A stretch of DNA of 58,796 nt, counting the filler, from Sphacelaria rigidula (taxonomy: Eukaryota), in the NCBI GenBank assembly GCA_964200075.2. It is 9 parts of 9 records of this genome, joined end to end, with 100 filler letters (N's around TTAATTAATTAA, not from the genome) between each part and the next. Parts side by side here need not be neighbours in the genome. Positions count along the whole stretch, not along the records: positions 13,091 to 19,534 come from CAXNAA020020030.1; positions 19,635 to 26,078 come from CAXNAA020020031.1; 7 more parts are not named here. The stretch is one strand, 5' to 3'. Shown piece after piece: positions 12,991-26,057 of the stretch. The position numbers and the translations under genes are program-made. A model generated the notes under the pieces. It had not been told where the DNA came from. It was given only the letters and a program-made list of their open reading frames with translations, and did no database searches. The stretch's first letter is position 1. Every line of letters begins with the position of its first letter.

Positions 12991-13592
12991 NNNNNNNNNN
13001 NNNNNNNNNNNNNNNNNNNNNNNNNNNNNNNNNNTTAATTAATTAANNNNNNNNNNNNNNNNNNNNNNNNNNNNNNNNNNNNNNNNNNNNGCGCGGTTAT
13101 TCTCGTGGCGGGGTGGCAGGCTGGTTGGCGTCGCGCCCGGGATATATTTGACCGTTACTTCCACGCATTTCCACTTCGAATCGTTGTTGAAAGCAGCAAC
13201 GGTTGTTCAATCGCGCTTGTCACGCATAAATAACGCTCATCCATACTGCATGGCACCCTTTTTAGCCAAATACTATACGACAGCACCGCGAGTGTGTTCG
13301 CTCGTCTGACATACCAATGAGCTTTTATTTTCGTGGAATCGACAACCAACCACCCCCCCCCACACCCCCACACAACAATACTAAAATAAACCAACANNNN
13401 NNNNNNAACAAATAGACACACACCCCGGGGGGGGTGTCGCCGCTCTCAACCACGCCCTTTTTTTTTTTTGTTTGGCCGCCCCCCCCCCCCCCCCCCCCTC
13501 CCTATCGTAGCATGACTCGTATTTAGTAAGGCAACTTTCGTTCAGAGCGTTTCCTGTTGCTCGGCTACCATGAATTACCGCGGTGAGCGTTA

Positions 13593-13823
13593 AATTCCCA
13601 AATTTGCAAGGGTCTACACGTTACACTCGTTACGTTTATGTTTCACGTCAAAAGTCGTCAAAAGTTGAGCCAGGCTAGTACTACGGTGGTGGACAACGTG
13701 AGGAGCTCCCCACGTCGCCGGTCCCCCACCGTATTACTAGCCTGGCTTGACTTTTGACGTGGAGCGTGACACGACGTGGCACGTATGAGTGTAACGGGGA
13801 GACCCTTGGAAATTTGAGGAGTT
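13593..13823. mobile_element. Fold-back palindromic MITE-like element
   Basis: Outer arms aattcccaaatttgcaagggtct / agacccttggaaatttgaggagtt and inner arms gccaggctagtactacggtgg / ccaccgtattactagcctggc are reverse-complementary. Confidence 0.75.
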
Positions 13824-14584
13824 GGTAGATATTAGTGTCTGCCTCGAGTTCTGCAAGGAAAACCGTTCTCAAAATCAATCATCGGACGACTTACGGGCGA
13901 ACCGGTCAACGGTAGTCCTGCGACAACATAGCCCCGAGCCCCAGGTTTTGAACCTGATATGTTGGCTCGCCGCGAATCACTTCCGATCGTCGTAATGAAC
14001 AATCGTTTGTATTTTTTTATGTGTAAAGCTCTATTTTGCGCTAGAACCGAAAACCGTGTTGTCGAACCAACCATGACCAATAACCCCCCCCCCCCTCCAC
14101 AAGAACGGTTTTTCACGACGCATTGCTTCGACAATCAAAGGTTGGGAAATATTTCCTTCGAACGGTCTGTTTTTTTTCATACAGTTGTCTACAGATTCAA
14201 GTACTTTCAGGCGGAAATATAAAAACAAGTCCACGCAGAAATCCCGGCAGTGAGTGATTTCCTTGTTCGGGTGTGCCCTACTGCACCTCGTATAACAGTT
14301 GCTCCGGGACGAATCCGTGGCCTCGAAGGATCAGCCTATTTCTCCCCCGGTACACGCATCCTTACATTTTGGATCACGCATTGGGTCATGACCCGCACCC
14401 CCCCACCGCGTCGCGTCTCGTCTGACAAACTCAGCCAATCAAATGGACTATATTTTGCAACTCACGCCCTCACGCTTCCAACGACAAGAGTCAGATCCTT
14501 CTGAGAAGGAAGCCACACTAGACACATCTGGCGGGCTCGAACCCGCGTTTTCCCTCCTCGTGGTGATGTCATATATGTCACTTG

Positions 14585-14799
14585 TGTAATGCGTGAGAGG
14601 ACCGCGTGCTCAGAGGACGGCATCGGAATTTGAACATCCCTATGGTTGGTTAGGGTTAGGGCCAGGGTTAGTGTTGGGGTTACGGTCAGCGGCGTGGTCC
14701 CTGCAGGGACTGGCCCGATTGGTTTTGAAAAACGTCGATTCTGAGGGGTTTCGAACCACGATGCGGTCCCCTAAGCACGCGGTCCTCTCACGCATTACA
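14585..14799. mobile_element. TIR MITE with internal TTAGGG-like repeats
   Basis: tgtaatgcgtgagaggaccgcgtgct / agcacgcggtcctctcacgcattaca form a perfect inverted pair. ttagggttagggccagggttag lies at about 14650-14684. Confidence 0.75.
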
Positions 14800-14938
14800 A
14801 GTTGTACCACTTTTAATGTGGATCGCCGGGATGCAGCGGCTTTTGGAACGGCTGATTGCCCTTGGGAGGGTTGGTGGTGGTGGTGTAATGTATATCGTGA
14901 GGAAACTTGGGGTAGTTGGGTTGACTGACGAATACCAG

Positions 14939-15290
14939 CCGGTCGCCCCGGTGGCTCAATAGGTAACCTCGGAACCCTCTGACGGTTGGTTCGTGGGTTT
15001 GAATCTCGGAGCGATCTGGGATTTTTTCTCGCACCATGCCCAGCAGTGGAGAGCGACTATGTCGTGGGTACACAAAAATTTGACTTGATTAAGGGTCGAC
15101 GACGGAAAGGGAGTGCTGAACCCCTCTCGCGATAAAAAATAAAGGCAAGCACCGCAGAAGGAAGGTGGGGTATTGAAAAAAAAAGAAACTCCTGTGTTGA
15201 CCTTCCTCCTGTGTGATCCCGGCTGGCGCGCCCACATATACCGAAAGGTGTAGACCGGCGTCCGGCATGATGGGACGACAACACACACAC
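14939..15290 (+). mobile_element. tRNA-derived SINE (family G), full length
   Basis: A-box-like TGGCTCAATAGG, B-box-like GGTTTGAATCT and an (AC)n tail. Second copy at 34295-34654(-), 5' fragment at about 52087-52121(-). Confidence 0.8.
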
Positions 15291-16077
15291 TGTTCCGCGA
15301 AATTTCATGATTTTGTCAAACCGTTTTTTTTCAGGATGCATCGCAGCTCGATTTCCCCCTCCTTCTACTCACCTTTGTCAAAGCACTTGTGCTCCGCCAG
15401 CTTGTCTACTCATGTAAAGGATTGGATATCCCGTTTTGATGGGTTTTCACTTCAATCCTAAGGCAGCAAGGGTAGGTCATCTATTGAATTAACAACAGTT
15501 TTACTTGGAGGAAGTATGCATGGTCTAGGTGGACTACCCTCGCGGTGCAGGGGTTCAGGTACTGCCGTCTAGTTCGATATATTTTGCGTGTCAGCTCTTC
15601 TTAGACGCTCTTGCCAATTACTTCGAGTTGCACTCGTCGACCGCGGGGCGTGGTCATTTGCTGCATTAGCGTATTTGTCCTCAAACTTACTCGAGCTGGT
15701 TATCAATAGATTAGTCACCATGGTGACATTTTCCGTGTGTTGAGGAGGCAAGTTCAACGCACATGAGACCATCTCGATCTTATTTTGCCACATACCCATC
15801 ATGCGTCTCACGCCTTACCCACGTCCCTTAATGTTGAGCGGATGCAAAACAGTATCTCGCTATCCCCAAAGACTTTGAAATCAAACGTTCACTGTGATGA
15901 GCGGTGACGCATTAGAAAAAAAAAAAACGCCCACCACGAAAATATTTCACCTAAAGTTGCCCCACACAGGCGTTAATCCCATAATGCAGACAGCATACAT
16001 TGGTTCAACCAAGGACAAGTCAGAGTTGGAAATGTCCACTGTTGGAGCAGGTCACACGCCTGATCATGTGCACGCAC

Positions 16078-16185
16078 GTTGTTGTTGTTGTTATTATTGT
16101 CTTCACATTAAAAACCGTTCCGGTATCTGCGTGGTACATTCGCACTGGGCATCTGATGCGGACGCCTTTCATGATCACAGGCTAG
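16078..16185 (-). mobile_element. Family A, copy 2
   Basis: Matches 1121-1216. Confidence 0.65.
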
Positions 16186-16653
16186 CAAAAAACCCAGAAA
16201 ACAAAATAGACCCAGATTAAAACTCACAAAACGCGATACAAGCAAAACAGGGATAAATAATAAATAATAAAGAGAGTACATATGGCTAACCTCAGAAGAT
16301 CCGGTGCCGCATGTGGCCATTCGGACTTCAGGGGGTGGCACCCGGCTTTCCAACTAGACGCGCGACGCCAAGTAGAAATGGACACAGGGTCCGACTACGG
16401 GCGAGACTCGAGGCTACGAATACCGCCAACCGAAGAACTAAGAATCTTGAGGTTGTGTGCCCCGCATTTGGGGAGAAACAACAAGAAAAACACTGGACAA
16501 ATCGTTCGGCAGGTGCTCCTGATGGGAGTGCTTTTATTTGTGAGAAGTCGTTCACGTTGATAAGAGTTTTCATCCTGTATTCAGCATACTTACCCTTTTT
16601 GCTTCGCACATTTTCACGCAAATAAAAAAAACTCTGGACATATCACGCGGCAG

Positions 16654-16764
16654 GCGCTCCCGATGGAGTCGAACATCCTGGAGTGGCACTACGTCATCAC
16701 GGGAACAAAAGGCTCGCCATACGACGGTGGTCACTATCACGGCAAGCTCAAGTTCCCGACGGAG
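16654..16764 (+). CDS. UBC6: Ubiquitin-conjugating enzyme E2, Ubc6/UBE2J type, internal exon
   Basis: cag|GCG acceptor, GAG|gtattt donor. Encodes [44 protein letters not shown]...PYxGGxYHGKLxFP is typical of Ubc6/UBE2J2. Confidence 0.85.
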
Positions 16765-17324
16765 GTATTTTTCATTTTTTTTTGTGTAGGCTTATTTTCA
16801 TATTGTCTTTCCCTTGTTGAGAAAAAAAATCAACCATCCATCCTCAACCATCCAACCATCCATCCATCCTCAAGCAATCTTTAGTTAGTTAATTAATTAA
16901 TTAATTACTTATGTATTTCTTACCCTATTAAGACCGTTAATGGAAGAGCGACGATTTACAAACTCGCATTTGCGAGCTTTCGTCACCAGGGAAACGTCAC
17001 TTGGAGTTCGGTGCACGAATATGTCACATTGAGCATACTTGAACTGAAGAGTGATGCACCGTGTTAGGGGGCTGCATAATCAATCATTGCAGAAAACCGA
17101 CAACCATATCTTGCCCCGAGAAAACGTCAATTGTAAATCGTCACTTTTCCATATACGGTTCCGAAAAAAAAATTTCGCCTTTTTTTTTCGCCTTGTACGG
17201 CGTCTCTGGCTCTGTGACTTCCGCCCCTGATTGCCGTGGTGAGACAGACACCTGTGAGGCAGCGTGTAAGTCGTGGCTGTCCATGGACGTGTCGATACCA
17301 TAAAATGAAGCAACGCCTTGGAGG

Positions 17325-17564
17325 CTGTCACCCATATGCAAGATTATAAGTACGCTTCGGACCGAACAATCTTGGCAGAGTGCAGATCACCCGTCATGCG
17401 ACTCGCCGAACACATCACGGCGCTTCGTTCTTGATTGTTGATTGCGAGCCCGGTCCGGCTACAACCCGGCGTGCTCCGTCGCGGCTTTGCAGGGATGCGA
17501 GGTCAAAGGTGCTGAGACCATGGCATGCAAGCTCATGAGTACCCCCCCCCCCCCCCCCCCCCCC
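17325..17564 (+). mobile_element. Family B truncated copy with long poly(C)
   Basis: Ends gctcatgagta followed by about 23 C. Confidence 0.75.
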
Positions 17565-17579
17565 ACCGGTCGCTCAAAA

Positions 17580-19534
17580 CGATGTGCGTAGAGAGAAAGA
17601 ACAACGAAGGGAGGAGGCAGATCTGGTTATGCTGTATAACTGGATATGTGAAAACGAGTACACACCCAAGAGGTGGAGAAAAAGAGTAGTCGTCAATCTT
17701 TTCAGAAGAGGAGACCAGGCTGACCCAGAGAACTGTAGAGGAATAACGCTACCGAGCACGGTAGGGAAAACGTTCTGTAAGATTTTGAATGGAGGAGGAA
17801 CGATGCTAGAAAATGACGAAAAAATCAGCGAGGGACGAGCAGGTTTCAGACCAAACCGTAGTTGCGTAGGCCATGTGTACACACTAGGTGAGGTGATTCA
17901 AGGTAGGAAAGACGCCGGGCTGACAACCTACTGTTTCCTACTCGACGTGCAAAAGGCTTATGACATAGTATGAAGAAATGGGCTGTGGAAAAAGCTGCGG
18001 GAAACTGGGATCAGAGGAAAGATGTACAGAATGGTGAAGATGACAGAATGTGCCAAAAGTGCCGTGATGTTAGGCGGAGAAATATCGAAAATACTTCGAT
18101 ATTTTACAACGAGTTGCACAAGGATGTACGTTATCACCCACTTTATTCAAGGTGTTTGTCAATGACTTGATAATAGCAATAGAAGTAGCAAACCAAGGCG
18201 TCAAGGTGGGTGAAGATCTTCTATCATGTTTGACGTTCGCAGACGATTTTGTGGGGATTTCAGGAACAGCAAAAGGATAGCAAAAACGAATAGGAAAAGG
18301 CTCTAGAATACACTGGGACATTGAGAGTGACGGCGGACGTGGACAAATGCGCGGTACTCGTCTAACGGTGATGAGAAAAGTCCGGTAGAGTTCAAATAGA
18401 AGTGGGGAGGAGAGGAACTGCCGATCGTCGACCGGTACACATACCCTGGTGCAGAGACCTCATGAAACTGTTCTTGGGATGCACACATGAACAAAGTGAT
18501 GGAAAAGGGTAAGGCACAGATAGGAAGGATGGACGGGGTCCTCACAGACTCGCATCTAGACACTAGGATTGAGAGATGTATCCTGATGAACGTGATCGTA
18601 CCAAAGCCGGAACCTGCAGGAGAAGTATGGGAGGGGGACGTGAAGTTGAAGAAGTTGGAAACAGCACACGGCAGCTAACGAGATACTTGGATGCTCGAGA
18701 ACGACGAGAAATACAGCATTGCGAGCAGAGTTGGGAAAGTACGCACTTCAAACAGAGACATGAGGAAACTAAGGTGGTAATATAGCGCGGAGAACATGCA
18801 GAGAAAGAGATGGCCAGCTATAGTTGATACGGCTGCATGGACAAAATTACAAACGGGCATGCTGGAATAAGGTGGGATAAGAAGTCGAGACAGTATGGAA
18901 GGAGATATAAGGAATCCAAGACAAAATACTGTCCACAGATGAAGGCGCGGGGTACAAGACAAAAGTGAGAGATATGGTAGACGTACGGGGAGGAGGAGTG
19001 CCAAGACGCAAAGTAGACAAGGAAGAACACCTTGAGATATACGGCGGGTTGAGAGAGGGGATCGGGATGAAAACACGTCGGCATGGCCCCATGGACGCTG
19101 CAAAAAAAAGGAAACTGCGAGACCGAGACCTGCCAGAAAGAAGAGATACACCAGTAGACGTGTGGAGGAGGAAGTAGATGGGCAAAACTGCCTCTGTGGC
19201 TAAGAAACTGAGAGCACTCATCTGGTTGCAGAACGTGAACTGTACAAGGAGGAACGGGACGTTCTAGGGGGAAATGCGGGACTTGAGCGAAGGTGGCATG
19301 AAATCGTTTGATGCATTGGATAATAGGGGGAAAACGATGGCTATACTAGGAAATAGATGGCCAGAGACGGCGGAACAGGACGGGCACAAGATACGTAAAA
19401 GGTTTTTGCGCCATGTATGGAAGAAACGTAATAAGCGCCGGAATGTCGAGGGTGTCTCTATTAGGAGTAGGAACGGTGCTCCGTCTCGAAAGGGATGCGT
19501 GGTCAATGGTCGAACGACTAAGGCAAGCAACAAA
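17580..19534 (+). mobile_element. Decayed, 5'-truncated LINE: RT domain, C-terminal zinc-knuckle remnant and 3' end (family C source type)
   Basis: RGITLxSxVGK, GFRPNRSC, LDVQKAYD, QGCTLSPTLF, FADD and YTYPG motifs, with several stops and frameshifts. A CxCG...H remnant lies at about 19190-19240. Clade not assigned. Confidence 0.92.
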
Positions 19535-22500
19535 NNNNNNNNNNNNNNNNNNNNNNNNNNNNNNNNNNNNNNNNNNNNTTAATTAATTAANNNNNNNNNN
19601 NNNNNNNNNNNNNNNNNNNNNNNNNNNNNNNNNNACTGTGGCGATGTCAAAATCGACGAGAAAGTCAGTCATTTCGGGTCTGACTCTGAACCTGAAACTA
19701 CGTTTTGAGTCTCACGAATATAGTGTTAGATGAACAATACTAGATTAACAATCGAGTGCTGGCGCATTTTGCCTGCTTCGAACGGGAAACAAACAAGCCA
19801 AGGCGTTACAGTGCCGTCCTGTGTTGCGGACTGCTGCAGCCGCGCACGGATACATACAGGCACACATACCTCGGTCCGTAGGGCTCGGTCCCGGCGGATG
19901 TTCTGCGGTAGGTGTATTTCGGGCCTGTGAGTAGCAGGGCATGTGCAGGGGGACAGGGTGTATGGTACGTGGCTCAGCGGTAGGGAACGGTCGGGCGGTC
20001 ATGTATTGGAGTGAAATTACCGTAGGTGGGGGGTGAATTGCCGTTTACCTGCATATGAATCGCGGGTTGGGAAATAAATGTCGAAACACCATGTTGCACG
20101 AATCTCGAGTGTGATTTATGAGTGAATCACTTTGCTCTCTGTGAATCAAAAGTCCGAACATTGTTGGAAGTAAAAGTTGTATCGTACACACACAAAATCA
20201 CAAGAGGCGAGGACATCCTGTTGGGAAGAAGAGTCGTATCGTGTGGATGAAGGGTGGGGAGTGTTTTGGATACACTTGCACCGCACGAATCAAGGGTCGT
20301 AGAGGGAAAGTGGGTATAACAGTGTATTCGTGAAATTGAGAGTAGATGACACGATTGAGAGTGAAAAGCGCTCAATCAGTGAATGAATAGTTTCAGTTCC
20401 GAAATGCACTTCCACGANNNNNNNNNNTAAAGCGAATGATCAAAGCCACTCTCAATCGTATCATCTACTCTCAATCTCACGAAAATACTGTTGTATGCCA
20501 CACGATGACATACGAATCACGAGTTGAGAACATACGTGTGAATGTTATTTCTGGTACGAGCCACATGGATGATTCACGCGAAATATGGGATATCATGGAT
20601 GAATAATTTGTTTTTCACTCTGAGGAGTGGACTTCTTCACCACGGGGTGTCCGACATCCTCACGGCACCACTTGAACTCATTACCTTATGTTGTGTAATG
20701 GTATCTTGGCGTAGCACATGGATTCAAGACCCAAGCAGACCACTCCTTGGTCATGTGGGCCCATTCGCTTTTCTTTCATTGACCATAATGACAATTCGAC
20801 ACATGACCACCACTGACCGCGTCAGCCGCTCAAGCGTCCGTCGCCCAACTATTTTTTCCATATTTTCTCTTCAGATAGTAGTTCTAAACGGTGGAGGTTC
20901 TCCGTGTAATTTTTCTTCCGCTTTCGAGGACTATCCGACTCGGAAAGTCGATATTTCGCACATTTCATTCTGAGCGCATGAACCCCCGTCTAACCGTAGG
21001 GTGTGTGTAGATGTTCCCCCAACCTCCCATGAAATCTCTGCTGATTCCCGAATCGGAAAAAAGAAAGCAAGAACGCAACTGAACACCAATTGTGCAACCC
21101 CTATATTCATGTATATGGTCGGAAAGTTGCCACGGGAAGTGGTCGGGATCGTAAAATCTCGGGCGCCGAGGGTTCCCGATGATGGTTTTCTATGCAAAGG
21201 TCTAGACGAGGAATGCATATGGAAAGTGTCGGTGCCGAGCACACAATTCGCTTCACAATGCAGTTATTATCCATTTGCTAGAAAGAGTCACGGGAGGAGC
21301 ACACATTCAAGTATATATCAATTACAGTTCCTCCGAGGATGCCGAGACGTAGGTTAGGTCCTGTTTTATGTCGAGACGGCAGTGCGAAGCGAAAAGCGGA
21401 ACGATCGTCCAAGAGCAGCAGCACGTTGATTTGTGCTTTTCCCGGCGACCAATCAATGTGCTGTTTTTCTTAGTGCTTGTTTCGTTTGTTCTCGCTCCCT
21501 ATATACTCTCGTCTCGATCAGCGAGGGCCTCAGCGTTGAGAGCGGACATACTCGGGAAAATGTACTATGTATGCAATTTCGAAATGGCACTCCCAGTAGT
21601 GTGTATGGTCGTCGCGGTAGGTGAAAAGTGAAAATACCCGAACGCAATTATTTCATACGGATGCCACGGGTCAAGGGGCTCGTAACGCTCGTCCAAGAAG
21701 CAACGCAGCGGAGGAAAATGAGTAATCGTTGTTCGTAGGCCTGCGCTAGCGGCCCAGCACTCGACCGAATTATTCAACGAGACCCTTAGGCGGTCAGGAA
21801 AAGTTCGTTTTCCCGGCTCCCTGTGTTGTAGAAGGGCATCATTGTGCGCGAAAGGTGACCTGCGTAACAACAACAGGTGCGAAGCTTGTTCATAACTCTT
21901 TGACCTCTAGCCCTCCCAGATCGGCCAACATCGCCCTTGGCGAAATCCAGATTCATTCGCACATTACCACGGGAAACTGCGAATTGCGGACGTATTTTCC
22001 ACTGCTTTCATGAACCTTGGAAACCTTCATGATGAAGAAGCATGATCGAGTTTTGGAATGAAACTGAAGACGCACGTCCGGCCATGATGTGTATCCTCGC
22101 TCATCCTCAAAAGAATCCAACTGCAATCATCTGTGAAATCCCGTCTCTTCACACCGAACTATGTTGACATTCGTTCATTCCCGTACACAAACTGTTTGCA
22201 TTTCATCGAAATCCGCTGTTAACCCCTTGGCCGCGAGGGGGGTAGCTCATCTGGATTACTGTTTTTTTTCAGATGAAGAGGCCTTGTACGGTGTGGGGTG
22301 TGCAACTTGTTCCCGAGCCTCTGCACTTGAAGAGCCTCTGGATGACCATCTCCTCGACCTTGCATTGTGCAGCCTCAGAAAACGTTTGGACTTTGGCGTG
22401 AAAAAGTGTACCCCCACCGTACGAGCACTCTAAAAGTGATGCCGATTCAACAGATGACCCACCACTTTTCTCGCCGTCAAAGAGTCAAAACAAGATTTAT

Positions 22501-25500
22501 TTCACGGATTGCGGATGTATTTTTTCTCAAGCAATCACGTCGTTGTGACACGCCTGTTATCTCGCCCCTCGTGTACATATGTACTTTCCCTGCTTATGTG
22601 TATGTATTTTGTGAACCTTTTCTGGTCTACGACGAAGGGGTTGTAAATCGACCCCCCACCCCCCGCGCGCGCGCATGTATGAATACATGCAGCTGCTTTC
22701 CCATCATCAGCATAATTTCAGAGGTTTTAGCACAGGACGCGAGTGCCGACCTCATGACCGTCGACAGACCAGTTGCGGAGATCAGCGAAGAAAGCCTATA
22801 TGAGTAACGTGCGTGCACCGCAAAAATTGCCCAGAGTAAATGTTGGGGGTGCGTGTGTTGTTTTCCCAGCCGGCGAAATATACTCCTCCACTTGTACTTG
22901 TGCTACCGTTTCAGTAGAGTTAGGCACTGCAGCTATTCATAGTGATGAACAACTGCACCAAACACACTGATACATACTGTAGCATAGTTGCGTGCACACA
23001 TCCGTTGTGCGTTACAATCCAGTACAAACAGTCGTGGTACAACACTGCCACAGCAACCCCAAGACCACGGACCACGGTACGGATACAGGGAAGCATGTAG
23101 GATAATCATGCAATTGTCCGGGTTGCGGGCGGCACATCCGTTCCGTGAACTTTCCCACGCAGGCATGCAGAAATAACGATAGTGGCGGTATTTTGGCGCG
23201 TACACATGCTGTGTTCGGCTGTGAGAGGCTGGCGAGTTTACTCCGCGTCCACGGTACGAACTCAGCAAAGCGTACAGTGTACAATGGTCCGGGCTGATGA
23301 CAGTTCATTCACTCCATGATCTTCTCTGGGGGGCAAGCATGCGGCTATGACGATACCTTGGCATGCATATTTTGTTCGGCTGTGTGAGGCGGGTTTACCC
23401 CACTTCGGCGAAAATAAGCGGCGGTTTCCAGCCCAAGGCGGACCAAGAACCCTGAGCGAAGGGGAGTGCACAGGATGCTCCATCATCTTAGTGTAAAATG
23501 TGCTCCATGTTTGATCAGATCGGCCCCTGCGACAGCGACTTGATGAACATCGAACGCTGGGAGAGCGCTTGACACTTCGACCCCTTGATTGAGAGAGATC
23601 CCAACATGATCCCCCAAAAATGAAAACTCAAACAACAGAATATGTTCAACCATGAAGAATATAGGTTATTTTCATTGCGCCGGGGTGCAATTGGCCAGGC
23701 GGCGGTGTTCAGGATAAGAAAAGATCTGCCCCACGTCCCATATCATTCAAGCCGAGAAAAAGTACCCGGACACGGCCTCTACCCATTTTTTTTTGACGAT
23801 GGGATTGTAGACTCGACACACGCTTTGTGGATATGCAACGTATGTATACATAGTTGTGTGTGGGAACTCAATCTTGTAAGTAGGCCGGTCGAAAGTCAAA
23901 CTAGGATCGGAGAAAAAATGAGCGAGAATTCCCCCAGGACTCCTCGCGGTCAGCCGATGTTACACAGCACCTACCTTCAGAAATATCCGACATTACAGCC
24001 GTCCTCCTTCGAAACACGAACGGGACAATTCCTACGCACTAGAATCGAGTAAATAATGGCAGCAGAGAAAGAAAAACCGTTTTTATCTTGTCATACACGG
24101 GACTGGAGCGGTTTCCAAGAAACCACACGAAGAAGCCCATGGCAAACGGCGACCGCAAGCCGAAACGCAACACGTCGCTTCAGATACATATGTGGTACAT
24201 ACCTCCAGCGTCAGCGAGAACGGTGTGCTCTGGGAACTTGTTCTTGGTCAGGCTCTTTTTTTCGCGTAGTGTGACACAGTTGAAATCCGTCCGCAGAAGT
24301 TTCGCGAGGCGGCGCCGTTGTGAGTGCCACGGTTGATCGCACAAAGAAGTACGGTGTCGATTGCGAGTAAGCGAGCGTGGAGGACGTGCAGACAGGCACG
24401 GGAGACGGGACGGGAGAGGGATTTTCACCACGGAGTTCTACAACGCAAGAGGCAACCACCCTGCAGTCTGGGCAACTACTGCTTATGGATCTGATCGGTG
24501 CAACGCGAGTTATCTCCGGAACATTATGTGCACCACCGTTCCCCGTATCATCTCACCGTGGGAACAGCCTTGGTGATTCCAGCGCTGAGCAGAAGGCCCA
24601 GCGCAGCTCCGTACTTGATCTTGCTAGGAGACATGGCGATCCAGTCGGTGATAATCTAGCTTGTTTCGGCTGGTGCTGCTTGCGGGTGAACCGTAGGTTG
24701 GTAGCGGTGAGGAAGATTGCGATGTATGTGCAAGACAGTGAGTGACGGGGGGGGGTCGGGCGATCAAGTACAGACAGCACCGAGTCGGTGTTTTTTCGTA
24801 TTCCCGTTTTTTCTCGGCGGAAAACGACGGTTTCAGGTATACCTGGAAAGTTCGTCGCCTTTTCTGCCTCACAGACACATATACCTACAGTAGATGGTAC
24901 GCTCAACTTCAGGCTTGGCGGATTTTTGTACCTGTTTCTGACACGTAGTTGTAAGTCTGCCTGCGAGTTTGAGAAAACTTGAAACATTCAAATCCATCAC
25001 TGTTGTTGTGGAGAACTTGACTGCGTAGTAGAGGTATCTTGAACTCGAGCTTCCCGGTACATTTCACAGTATTTAGAAAGTTTCGGAAAACGCTTTTTTG
25101 TCATTTCAGATTATTACAAATATCTCAGTATCAGACAGTGTTACGCCGGGGAATTTTTCTTTTTTTAATAGAGAAATAGACGCCTCCGCGAGAAACGGTG
25201 GATGATGGCAAATGTTCAATTTTCGACCCGAGGTTCCGCACACCTTGTGCATGCAGCTGCGGACCTGAAAGCATCGCCCAAGTGGAAGGAGTGGGCTCAA
25301 AGACGATCGAGGTGTGTTCATATACTGAAAAGCAGTTCTTCTTGCAAGTTGCACCGATAATGGTGCTGTCTGCTTGAAGCTTTCGCAGAATCCGTGCAGT
25401 CTACGGCGAACACCACCCCCCGTCGAACCTCACCTCCGATGTCATGGCAGAGCACGCCGTTCGCACGACCCCACCGACAGATACTAGGAGGGTGTTCTCA

Positions 25501-25696
25501 CCATCCAGAGAGTTCAATATTTCCATAGGAAGAGGTAGTGTTGAAATCCATCCATGCCGTGGATGAAACGACGCGACTGAAGTTTGAAAAGTCAAACCTT
25601 CTTTCCGCACCAGTACATGACCATCTGGACTCCTGTGTACTGCAGCAGCAGCACATATCAGCAAGATACTGTAGAGCACACCACAGCGCAGCGTAG

Positions 25697-25742
25697 CACA
25701 GTACAGTTCACCTCAGTACAGTACAGTACAGTACAGTACAGT
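25697..25742 (+). repeat. (CAGTA)n microsatellite
   Basis: Direct pentamer repeats. Confidence 0.8.
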
Positions 25743-26022
25743 GTAGAACATTGTGCTGCCGGCGAAGTATACAGCAATAGCTTTGTGCTGGAGGGCGTTC
25801 ACAGCAAGAAGCAGGCAACTCTATAGAACGAGGTCGTGCGATGACATGAGGTTCAAGCCCAAAACAGTGCTTGCCCCGCACTGTCAGCGATGGTGCCCAA
25901 TGACTTTTTTGTTGGCCTAATGCCCTCCGATCGCGTAGATACTTCTTCTGCGCATTTTACCTACTGTGTGGGCTTGCAGCGCTGACCGAAACCGTCATTT
26001 ACCCTGATTGTTTTAGCGCGCG

Positions 26023-26057
<35 letters not shown>

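Noticed and set aside
14939..15020. Functional tRNA gene
   Set aside because: Degenerate B box, no full cloverleaf, and continuous with a multi-copy SINE body.
888..16764. Functional linkage of the SAMHD1-like, orphan and Ubc6 exons
   Set aside because: They lie on different concatenated contigs.
20540..22430. Protein-like stretches on the minus strand
   Set aside because: Frequent stops and no motif I can identify.
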